Source: an uncultured Thermoproteaceae archaeon
Lineage (GTDB): Archaea; Thermoproteota; Thermoprotei; Thermoproteales; Thermocladiaceae
Assembly: GCA_964575955.1 (NCBI GenBank)
Contig: CAZNTG010000002.1
Span: 1-60,694 of the forward strand
DNA length: 60,694 nucleotides
Reading direction: 5' to 3'
Shown piece by piece: positions 19,811 to 28,137 of the stretch (the first letter of the stretch is position 1; each line of letters begins with the position of its first letter). The notes under the pieces are model-generated. The model did no database searches, was not told the DNA's origin, and was given only the letters and a program-made list of their open reading frames with translations. Made by a program: the position numbers and the translations under genes.

Positions 19811-20353
19811 ATGGCATCACAACCCTGGTTATATGGTTTTGGATTTGGAATTAGACAAGCACAGGTAGTAACACCAGAACATGCTGCTAGAATAATTGCA
19901 CAAGCACAAAATCCATTAATGATTATTGGAAGTGAGTGTGAGATAAGACTTCCAAGTGGTATGAGAATTATAGATTATGCTATTGAAATTGCAAAAATTA
20001 AGAATATTCCAATCATAGTTACGACAGGAATCATTAAGGAAGTTAGAGAAGTTTATGAAAATTGTAGACATATGTTTCTTATGGAGATATTTAGAAAGTT
20101 GATAAATCCAAATTGGAATTTAAATGGTAAACCTCACGATCTTGCAATATTTATTGGACATATATACTACATGATTTCTCACTTATTAACAGCTACGAGA
20201 CATTTTGCAAAACATTTGAAAACACTATCCCTAGATAGGTATTATCAACCGAATGTGAACTTCTCACTACAAAACCAACCTCTACTAAATGTATATGAGA
20301 TAACTTTAAAGAAGATAGTTAATACACTTAGAGGACTCGTTGGTACACAGTGA
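19811..20353 (+). CDS. cdhB: CODH/ACS complex epsilon subunit
   Basis: NPLMIIG, DLAIFIG..YY, LKTLSLDRYYQPNVNFS; directly after cdhA with GGTGA RBS. Confidence 0.9.
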   Translation: MASQPWLYGFGFGIRQAQVVTPEHAARIIAQAQNPLMIIGSECEIRLPSGMRIIDYAIEIAKIKNIPIIVTTGIIKEVREVYENCRHMFLMEIFRKLINPNWNLNGKPHDLAIFIGHIYYMISHLLTATRHFAKHLKTLSLDRYYQPNVNFSLQNQPLLNVYEITLKKIVNTLRGLVGTQ

Positions 20354-20398
20354 TGAGGGACATCCTTGCTGATTATTGATGAGGGCCTTAACAACTGA
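20350..20398 (+). ncRNA. C/D-box guide sRNA
   Basis: GTGATGA (overlaps the cdhB stop), 12-nt guide, CTGA, TTGATGA, 12-nt guide, CTGA: canonical layout. Confidence 0.85.
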
Positions 20399-20411
20399 TA
20401 CTACTCTTTTA

Positions 20412-21056
20412 CTACTCTTTCAATATTCCTCTCTCTTTCAATATCTTTACTAGATTTTCAACAATAACGTCTGGTGGTGGTGTTGAGTCTAGATCAACTA
20501 GTAGACCTTTCTGCTTGTAATACTCTATTATTGGTCTAGTCTCTTCTCTATATACTTCAAGTCTCTTTCTAATTACTTCAGGTTTATCATCCTCTCTCTG
20601 ATATAGTTCACCACCACATTCGCATCTATCAGGTTGTGGTGGTGGCATGAATTTTATATGCCAAATCTTTCCACACTTTTTACATATTCTTCTACCACTA
20701 AGTCTCTCTATAATTACCTCATCTGGACATACGAAGTTTACTGCTAAGTCAGGTTTTGCAAACTTATCTAGCTCTTCTGCCTGTTTTACAGTTCTTGGAA
20801 ATCCATCAAGTATCCAACCTTTCTGACAATCAGGTTGTGATAATCTTCTTCTAACAACCTCTATAACAATCTCATCAGGTACTAGAAGTCCCTTCTCAAC
20901 ATACTCCTTAATCTTCTTTCCTAAATCAGTCTCTTTTCTAATCTCTTCTCGAAATATATCTCCTGTAGATATGTGAGGTATTCCAAATCTCTGTGATATT
21001 CTACTAGCTATAGTTCCCTTACCTGCACCGGGTGGACCTATGAATACTAGCTTCAT
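20412..21056 (-). CDS. adk: Adenylate kinase (long-LID, Zn-binding type)
   Basis: GPPGAGKGT, HISTGDIFR, LDGFPRT, CKKC...CEC lid, QREDD. Confidence 0.96.
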   Translation of the reverse strand: MKLVFIGPPGAGKGTIASRISQRFGIPHISTGDIFREEIRKETDLGKKIKEYVEKGLLVPDEIVIEVVRRRLSQPDCQKGWILDGFPRTVKQAEELDKFAKPDLAVNFVCPDEVIIERLSGRRICKKCGKIWHIKFMPPPQPDRCECGGELYQREDDKPEVIRKRLEVYREETRPIIEYYKQKGLLVDLDSTPPPDVIVENLVKILKERGILKE

Positions 21057-21152
21057 TACTAGTACTACTCTTAGTAGGAAATTTATCTAATACCACAAAT
21101 ATCTACACTATCCAAACCTCAGATTTATATTTCAGGAATTTCTCTAAACTCT

Positions 21153-21578
21153 GTGAGTAAGGAACGTTCAATACTTGTAGCATATGACGGTTCTGAGATA
21201 GCTAAAAAAGCTGTTTTTAAAGCTATAGAACTTGCAAAAGCACTAAATGCAAAACTATACATACTATACGTAGTTAATGTACCTCCCGAAGTTAGAGCAT
21301 TTCTAACAGCAGGAACAATACTAAACGAAGCACTTAAGAGTGGTATGAAAATTTTAGAACAATTAAAATCAGAATTAGATAAAGAAAATGTAAAATACGA
21401 CCTAGTAGTTGAGATTGGAGATCCAGGAGAGAAGATTGTAGAATTTGCAGATAAGATTGATGCTGATATGATAGTTATGGGTCATAGAGGACTTAGTGGA
21501 ATTAGAAAACTACTAGTTGGATCTGTATGTGATAAAGTTATTAGATGTTCAACAAGACCAGTACTAGTAGTAAAGTAA
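21153..21578 (+). CDS. Universal stress protein
   Basis: ILVAYDGS, IVMGHRGLSG...LVGSV, PVLVV. Confidence 0.93.
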   Translation: MSKERSILVAYDGSEIAKKAVFKAIELAKALNAKLYILYVVNVPPEVRAFLTAGTILNEALKSGMKILEQLKSELDKENVKYDLVVEIGDPGEKIVEFADKIDADMIVMGHRGLSGIRKLLVGSVCDKVIRCSTRPVLVVK

Positions 21579-22531
21579 GACTTTATGAAGGTTGTCTAGT
21601 AAAGATTAGAGGAAGAGAAGAGATATTCTATATAAAGGGAATATTTGAAGAAGATGGAAAGTATATAGCATTACCAAGATATATACCACACCCTGAAGGT
21701 AATAGAGTTGATAATAAGGGTAGAAGATTCAAAGTATTGAAAACATATGAAGAACAGATAGAGTATGTATATAGTAAAGTTAGAGAAATTTTAAGATATT
21801 CAAAAATATTTAAAATGAAAATACCAATGATAGATGAAGAATATATAGAGGAAGTATATTACCCAACTGAGAAAACTAGAGAAATATTAAAAAATCAAGA
21901 ATATGAAATCGATAAGGTAATTGTAAAAATAGTTAAAGAATTACAAAAAGATGTACCAATAGAATATATAGGTATATGTGGTTCAAGATTAGCAAATCTT
22001 ACAGGACCTGAACAAGATATCGATATTGTAGTAGTAGATATGAGATATATACAACAGATATTTGAAAGATTGAGAAAATTAAAAACATGTGAGGACTATG
22101 TAATAGAAAGATTGTGTAATTACCATAAAGGATCTCTCAGAATACCATATACAATACTTTACAAGTTATTACGTAGAAGAATACTTGAAAATTCTATAGA
22201 CGGTTACCAATATTTCATAAGGATATTACCAATGATAGATATGAAGCCAATACTGAAATATCATAATGTTGAGAAAATTTGTAGATTATATACACATGTT
22301 AAAATATATGATGAATCTAAACTATCATTTACAAGTCCCTGTATATATTTTGTAGAATCTCCAATTGGAAATATACCACTAATATCTGATAGAGGTATAT
22401 TTTCAGAAACCTTACTATTACTACAAAACTTTAAGGTTAGTTGTGTCTTGGAGTGTGGTATTTTAGAAATATTTAATAATACTTTCGATAAGTGGTTTTA
22501 TCTTGATTCTAAATCATTTATAAGTTTTTGA
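21545..22531 (+). CDS. Nucleotidyltransferase-domain protein (COG1665-like)
   Basis: PRYIPHPEGNR and GICGS...DIDIVV pol-beta NTase motif; start uncertain. Confidence 0.7.
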   Translation: MFNKTSTSSKVRLYEGCLVKIRGREEIFYIKGIFEEDGKYIALPRYIPHPEGNRVDNKGRRFKVLKTYEEQIEYVYSKVREILRYSKIFKMKIPMIDEEYIEEVYYPTEKTREILKNQEYEIDKVIVKIVKELQKDVPIEYIGICGSRLANLTGPEQDIDIVVVDMRYIQQIFERLRKLKTCEDYVIERLCNYHKGSLRIPYTILYKLLRRRILENSIDGYQYFIRILPMIDMKPILKYHNVEKICRLYTHVKIYDESKLSFTSPCIYFVESPIGNIPLISDRGIFSETLLLLQNFKVSCVLECGILEIFNNTFDKWFYLDSKSFISF

Positions 22532-23172
22532 AGTTTTGGCTCTCTTTCTGATAGATGTTTACATATTCTTCTTACATATTCTTTAAATTCTTCACATATA
22601 TCAGTTTTACAATTCTTATATATCAATTCTAGACTATATTTTAGTAGTTTTAAATATCTTCTATATATCTTATACTCAGTATTTGCTATTTTTGTTAAGT
22701 ATACTGCAATATCTATCATATGGTTATATATTCTAGTTAATGGTTCTATTATTAGAAATCTACTAAATGCATCAATATACTCTATCTTCAAATCTACTTC
22801 TATCAAGTTTTTCTTAATATTCTTATTTTCAACTTTAGCTTCAATATATCCCCATATTTCATGTTCAGGTGCTATTCTTGGTGCATTTACTTTATATGCA
22901 TTTACATATCTTATATTTTCATACTCTTCTCTTAATATATCTTTGAATGCTGTTACTATGAATAGCGTTGGATTATATGTTAAGTTTATAACTATGTCAG
23001 GATTTTTATTTTGAAATACTTTAAATGTTCTAGATCCTTCATATATTCTAATCTTGACTTTATCTCTACCTTTTAATTTAAAACCTAGAGGTACTGCATG
23101 TGGAGAATCTTCTAGATAATATGTAATTATTCCTTCATAAAGTATGTCTGGAGAAAGTTTGAGAAAATACAC
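22498..23172 (-). CDS. DUF447 family protein (split-barrel)
   Basis: YEGIIT...PHAVPLG, IYEGSRT, INLTYNPTLF pattern. Confidence 0.7.
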   Translation of the reverse strand: MYFLKLSPDILYEGIITYYLEDSPHAVPLGFKLKGRDKVKIRIYEGSRTFKVFQNKNPDIVINLTYNPTLFIVTAFKDILREEYENIRYVNAYKVNAPRIAPEHEIWGYIEAKVENKNIKKNLIEVDLKIEYIDAFSRFLIIEPLTRIYNHMIDIAVYLTKIANTEYKIYRRYLKLLKYSLELIYKNCKTDICEEFKEYVRRICKHLSEREPKLQKLINDLESR

Positions 23173-23204
23173 ATTTTATATATGTGTATGTGTGTCTTAT
23201 TAGT

Positions 23205-24806
23205 TTAGTGTTCTAGGACTCCGAAGTATACTGGTATTCCACCTGCCTCTAACATCTTCTTAAATAGTCCTTCTGCAATCTCTGTACCATACTTGCGTTG
23301 GAATAGTAGTTTCCAACCCTTCAATTCTGGATTGGTGTTTAACATGTCTTGTAGTTTGTATAGTATGTTTCTTGCTTTTGTTAGATATGTCTTATTTCCT
23401 GTAACGTTGTATAGCTTTATGTATACTCCTGCAAGTCCTATAAATCCTAGGATGTAGTAGTTTCTATGTGCAACCTCTCTATTACTAAGTACTGGGTGAT
23501 TAATTAGCCATTCTAGATCTTTTATAGCTTTTGCAAATTCCTCCATTGCTTTTGCCTTATTGTGGAAGTATAGGTCTATTATAGCCATGTAGTAGTATGC
23601 TAGTGCTCTCTCATAGTATGCTGCAGGTACTTCTGCAGGATCACCAGGACACTGTATATGGTCAGTCATCTCTTCAGCGTCCTTCTCTAATGCTTTATAA
23701 GCTGTCTTTAGCATACTCATTCCAAGTTCCTTCTTTCCATGCTTAATATACCATATAGCTTCATAGAACTCTATTAAGCTCTTCAATCTACAAGCTTCAC
23801 CATAGTAGTCTGAGCTTGGTCCAAACTTTGTAATTATTTCATTACAGAACTCTGTCGCAATACCCCACCACTTCTCTACACAACTCCAAGTACCATTCTT
23901 ATAGCATGGCCATCCTATGTAGAATGCTGCTACAGCTCCTGGCATTAATCCTAGATCGCTCTCTTCTTTCCAGTGTGTTATGTAGTATTTTGACCATTTG
24001 AAGGTTTCATACCACTTTCCTAAGTCTATTAATGCCCACATTATGTGTTCTACAGCTGTGTCTATTGGGTATAGTTTAATGGACTTCTCATAATACTCTA
24101 CTGCTAGCCATGGTTCTGCCATTGCTAGATATGTTCTAGCAATATTTTGATACACTGCTGCAAGTCCATACTTTCCAGCATACTTCTCAATAACATCCTT
24201 ATACTTCAAAGCCTTGAATAAGTATGGTAGTACTAGCTTCTCTCTACATGTATAATTATCACAGTAGTCGTAGTATATTGCGCCAAGCTGTGCATAGCAT
24301 AGTGGTGCTATATTTGGAAACTTCTTAATACATAGTTCACAGTAGTATACTGCTTTTTCAAAAGCTTCTTGTGCAAGCTTCATCCAATAAGCACCACTGT
24401 AATCTGGAGCGTATGGTCCTGGAATACATTTTCCACGAGTATACTCTTCATACCATGGTATTGCCTGTGTGAATGATGTATCGTTTGGAAGTTTGTAGTA
24501 GTGATGGAAGAATCCATCATTACCATATGCTACACATAGATCGTAATATGCCATTCCTAAGTTTGGATTAAGTTCTATAGCTTTCGTCAAGTTGTTTACA
24601 GCATCGTGAAACCACATCAATGCTTCTTTAGCATTTCCATTACCAAATGCGTCAAGTTCATTATTTATAGCTGCAACTCCCTGTTCAAAATATTTCATTG
24701 CTAAGCTATATTTTGACCATGTTGATGATAGGTATGCTGCTAGTACTCCAATACCTATTATACATAGTATTCCAATAACTATGCATGCTGCAAGTTTACC
24801 TTTCAT
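23205..24806 (-). CDS. Membrane-anchored or secreted TPR-repeat protein
   Basis: N-terminal signal/TM; repeated TPR motifs (KAIELNPNLGMAYYDL, AVEYYEKSIKLYP, AYYERALAYY); Cys/aromatic-rich. Confidence 0.75.
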   Translation of the reverse strand: MKGKLAACIVIGILCIIGIGVLAAYLSSTWSKYSLAMKYFEQGVAAINNELDAFGNGNAKEALMWFHDAVNNLTKAIELNPNLGMAYYDLCVAYGNDGFFHHYYKLPNDTSFTQAIPWYEEYTRGKCIPGPYAPDYSGAYWMKLAQEAFEKAVYYCELCIKKFPNIAPLCYAQLGAIYYDYCDNYTCREKLVLPYLFKALKYKDVIEKYAGKYGLAAVYQNIARTYLAMAEPWLAVEYYEKSIKLYPIDTAVEHIMWALIDLGKWYETFKWSKYYITHWKEESDLGLMPGAVAAFYIGWPCYKNGTWSCVEKWWGIATEFCNEIITKFGPSSDYYGEACRLKSLIEFYEAIWYIKHGKKELGMSMLKTAYKALEKDAEEMTDHIQCPGDPAEVPAAYYERALAYYYMAIIDLYFHNKAKAMEEFAKAIKDLEWLINHPVLSNREVAHRNYYILGFIGLAGVYIKLYNVTGNKTYLTKARNILYKLQDMLNTNPELKGWKLLFQRKYGTEIAEGLFKKMLEAGGIPVYFGVLEH

Positions 24807-24915
24807 GTGTACCGATTTTTCAGGTATTGAGTTAATATTTATACATTACCTCATGGAATACGTATTACTTATTGTGTAGATATGTAACAACGTTTATGAA
24901 AATAATGCTAAACTT

Positions 24916-25467
24916 TTAAGAAGATTTTAAGAATCGTATTACGAATTTTGAAATACCTCTACCAGCATAGTCACCTGCAAGTCCTGATAGGAATGCTAGT
25001 ACTAGCATTACTACACATCCTATAGGCGATATGTATCTATGTATAGCTATGTAATATCCTAGCCAGTTTATTCCTACACATACAACATTTGCAACACCAC
25101 CATTAACAAGTTCTGTCAATATTCCTAATGCTATGAAAGATATCAATCCTACAACACTAAACCAAGATACCTTAACAATACCAAACCATGGACTTGCGAT
25201 TAGGCAGAATGATACTATCATCACAGCCGTTATAAGTCCATACCACCTACCTGCAATTCTATAAGCTAGGGATATCCAAAATACATACCAAAAACCTCCA
25301 AGTACTGGTAATATCTTGAATGGTACTTTAAATGGAAATACTGCATCTAGTATAGGTTTAACATCTATGTACATCGTTAACAGGAAGCTTAAATATGCAA
25401 ATACTATACACAAGACAACTTTTAGAGGTTCAGGAATCCTACCAGAAACACTTTCTACAGATTTCAT
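24916..25467 (-). CDS. Small multi-pass membrane protein, ECF S-component-like
   Basis: About 6 TM segments; GGFWYVF...SPWFG...LGILTELV pattern recalls YkoE-type S components; start overlaps the radical SAM gene end. Confidence 0.55.
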   Translation of the reverse strand: MKSVESVSGRIPEPLKVVLCIVFAYLSFLLTMYIDVKPILDAVFPFKVPFKILPVLGGFWYVFWISLAYRIAGRWYGLITAVMIVSFCLIASPWFGIVKVSWFSVVGLISFIALGILTELVNGGVANVVCVGINWLGYYIAIHRYISPIGCVVMLVLAFLSGLAGDYAGRGISKFVIRFLKSS

Positions 25468-26275
25468 ATTTTCTCATCCTCTTAACAAATTCTATATGTC
25501 TATTTAACATTGTTTTAAAATCTGTTCTAGCATCTCCAAGACATGTATCTGGTCTATCATGTAGGAATACACATGGAAATTGTTTGAAATCCCAAGTTAC
25601 GAATATTGTAAACATTACAACTCTACAAGGTGTTGTATGTTTAATAGGTAGGTATACTTTCTTACCACCAATCTCTTTAACCTTCTTAAACAACTCTTTC
25701 TCCTCTCTCTCACTTATATATTCAATATCTGGATCTACATTATATATGTTGAATAGTCTATGAAGAACTATACCATCAACACCAACATCAATACCAAATT
25801 TAACAATTTCAGGAATTTCTTCTAAACTATCTCTAAATATTGTAACATCAAGATACACTACAGGTCCTCTACCTCTTCTCCTCTTCTCCTTAATAACTTC
25901 CTCAATATTTTGTAATACTTTTTCCTTACCTTTTAATGTGTATATTCCAAATGAAAGTTCATCAAGACCACTTTCAAATATTTCATCAAGTTTCTTATCT
26001 ACAAGTATACCATTTGTACATAGACTAGCTTTCTTTCCAAGACTCTTAACATATCTTATAAAGTCGAATATTTGAGGATGTAGTAGTGGTTCTCCCCAAC
26101 CATGTAGACATATCTCATCGAAATGTTGTAGTGGAAGTTTCTTAAATTCTTCAAAATCCATATAGCCTATAGGTCTATTTAAATGTCTTCTCATACATAT
26201 TCTACATGTCATTATACAGTGATTTGTAGTCTCTACCTGAAGTATTGTTGGTCTAATAATTTTTTGAAGAAACAT
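25439..26275 (-). CDS. Radical SAM protein with C-terminal SPASM/twitch-type domain
   Basis: CIMTCRIC (CxxxCxxC), GWGEPLLHP, TNG; C-terminal C-x17-C ... CRKC. Confidence 0.9.
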   Translation of the reverse strand: MFLQKIIRPTILQVETTNHCIMTCRICMRRHLNRPIGYMDFEEFKKLPLQHFDEICLHGWGEPLLHPQIFDFIRYVKSLGKKASLCTNGILVDKKLDEIFESGLDELSFGIYTLKGKEKVLQNIEEVIKEKRRRGRGPVVYLDVTIFRDSLEEIPEIVKFGIDVGVDGIVLHRLFNIYNVDPDIEYISEREEKELFKKVKEIGGKKVYLPIKHTTPCRVVMFTIFVTWDFKQFPCVFLHDRPDTCLGDARTDFKTMLNRHIEFVKRMRKYEICRKCFW

Positions 26276-26323
26276 TGAGAAATCCCTGATTTAAGTCTGT
26301 GATGTGTATATTCTATATTTTAA

Positions 26324-26536
26324 CTATCTCACAAAGAGCTTAGCTATAGCTGTCTTTATAGCCATGGATATTCTTGGCGTTACTGTCTTAATCATGTTTA
26401 GTAGTGTTGATCTAAATCCAAGTACTAGTGCTGCAACAACTCCAAATGCTCCAAGTGTTTGACTTAGATACCATGCCTGCAGTGTACTTGCTGTTAACAC
26501 TACATGTAGTGTTGTAACTGACACTGGAGCACACAT
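26324..26536 (-). CDS. Small membrane peptide with MCAPVSVT N-terminus
   Basis: 70 aa; hydrophobic core then basic tail; immediately upstream of and co-oriented with the radical SAM gene; paralogous N-terminus in the divergent ORF. Confidence 0.65.
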   Translation of the reverse strand: MCAPVSVTTLHVVLTASTLQAWYLSQTLGAFGVVAALVLGFRSTLLNMIKTVTPRISMAIKTAIAKLFVR

Positions 26537-26676
26537 AGCTATCGACTTAGAACTATGTTAGCTGATATAAAAACTTTCCTAAATATAGAAATGTTAAGTA
26601 TTACTCAGGGTAAAATCTTTACGTAATAAGGAAGATAGAAATCCTTATTAATTAGTCAGGGTTAGACTAGGACAGT

Positions 26677-26847
26677 ATGTGTACGCCAGTATATGTCACA
26701 GTTAAGACAGCAGCATCAGCAGTACCAGTAGTACACTATATAGCAGGAATAATACTACTAGCAATAGGAGCAGCAGCAAGCTTCTTCGCAGCTTTCAGAT
26801 TAAAAAGACATATATCAGCAGTAAAGACACAAGCAGTAAAATCATAA
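26677..26847 (+). CDS. Small membrane peptide with MCTPVYVT N-terminus (not in ORF track)
   Basis: Hand translation MCTPVYVTVKTAASAVPVVHYIAGIILLAIGAAASFFAAFRLKRHISAVKTQAVKS (56 aa); strong A bias at third codon positions; TTATTAA upstream and T-rich tract downstream. Confidence 0.7.
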   Translation: MCTPVYVTVKTAASAVPVVHYIAGIILLAIGAAASFFAAFRLKRHISAVKTQAVKS

Positions 26848-27017
26848 CAGGACAAGACTAAAATAAACACCCCATAGATCAGCATAAAATAACACTTTTT
26901 CTTTTCTTTTCTCAACATCTCTAATGAAGATATTACACCCATCTAAATTCTACGCATTTCAACTTTCTAAATCTTCCCTAACCTAAGTGGGAGGTTGGTA
27001 GGCAGATTAATTATGTT

Positions 27018-27107
27018 TGGCGCCGGGGGTGGGATTTGAACCCACGCCCCCTGTACGGGGACGGGATCTCAAGTCCCGCGCCTTGGGCCTGGCTCGGCCA
27101 CCCCGGC
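27018..27107 (-). tRNA. tRNA-Ser(UGA)
   Basis: Full cloverleaf: CGGGA CT TGA GA TCCCG, long variable arm, encoded CCA. Confidence 0.97.
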
Positions 27108-27146
27108 TCTAGTCGTGTAGAGGTACTTTGTTGGTTGTTTTAAATC

Positions 27147-27305
27147 TTACTTTGCTCTATACTTCTTTGGTCTTAAATTCTTACTTTTACATCTTCTACA
27201 TTTTTCAGCTCTTGGCGGATTTCTTGCTCCACATTTTCTACATATTAAGTAGTTGAATCTGTGTTCTAGCGCTATTCTAAGCTTCTCTGGGTCTGTTATT
27301 GGCAT
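27147..27305 (-). CDS. rpl40e: 50S ribosomal protein L40e (not in ORF track)
   Basis: Hand translation [52 protein letters not shown]; [10 protein letters not shown]...CRRC...LRPKK signature. Confidence 0.95.
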   Translation of the reverse strand: MPITDPEKLRIALEHRFNYLICRKCGARNPPRAEKCRRCKSKNLRPKKYRAK

Positions 27306-27396
27306 ACTTAGCTACATGTATTAATGCTAGTTTTAAGTGTTTTTCTTTTTAACAACATGAGGAAATTGTCTTAATATCTTCACATGTCTGCATATT

Positions 27397-28137
27397 GTGC
27401 AGGCTAGATCTAGACTTAGTAGAGCATCTCTACAGTTTGAAGCTGTTGAACTTCTCAATATTGCACGTAGTCTTCTCAAACTTTCATATAGAGAGCTTAG
27501 TGAAATTACAGGTTTTCAAGAGAGTGTATTGTGTAGATATGCTAATGGTGATCTACTACCGTCACCAGAGACAGCTCTTCAAATAATTTCTAAATTAGAA
27601 CCAATACTATCTTTAGAAAATGTGTTAAAGAGACTTATAAAAATATATGAAAATTATGTAGATTTTGGAAAGATAGTTACAAATAGTGACATACTTAAAC
27701 TATATGCAAGAAGAGTACGTTCACTATTTCAAGAATATAACATAACTAAAATCTTAACAGCAGCAACAGACGGTGTACCACTTGCAGTATCTGCAGCATT
27801 AATGTTAAATGCTGATTTAGCAGTTGCAAAACAGTATAGAGATGTATTTGAAGATGACTTCTATGAAGCAACATATATAATGGAAAGTCCACCAAGAAAA
27901 GTTACACTATACGTCCCAAAGTCATTATTAAGTAAGAATGATAGAGTACTAATTGTTGATGACATAGTCAGGACAGGTAGAACAATTGGAGCATTAATAG
28001 ACATATGTAGACAAGCTGAAGCACAGATAGTTGGCATATCTATACTAATAGCATTTGGAACATCATGGCTAAGAAAGATATCTGATATTAATGCAAAAAT
28101 AGATGTTGTACTCTACTTACAAAACTATGCCATATAA
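27397..28137 (+). CDS. HTH plus phosphoribosyltransferase-domain protein (PurR/Apt-like)
   Basis: SYRELSEITG...LCRYANG..LPS HTH; VLIVDDIVRTGRT PRPP-binding motif. Confidence 0.85.
   Translation: MQARSRLSRASLQFEAVELLNIARSLLKLSYRELSEITGFQESVLCRYANGDLLPSPETALQIISKLEPILSLENVLKRLIKIYENYVDFGKIVTNSDILKLYARRVRSLFQEYNITKILTAATDGVPLAVSAALMLNADLAVAKQYRDVFEDDFYEATYIMESPPRKVTLYVPKSLLSKNDRVLIVDDIVRTGRTIGALIDICRQAEAQIVGISILIAFGTSWLRKISDINAKIDVVLYLQNYAI

Noticed and set aside
26736-26942. 68 aa minus-strand ORF
   Set aside because: Antisense to the better-supported MCTPVYVT peptide ORF, which has a paralogue and codon bias
27018-27107. Selenocysteine or suppressor tRNA
   Set aside because: The anticodon is UGA (reads UCA, Ser), not UCA; the body matches the other tRNA-Ser
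17172-27107. Integrated element bounded by attL/attR in tRNA-Ser
   Set aside because: Both copies are full genes with different anticodons, there is no integrase, and the interval includes adk
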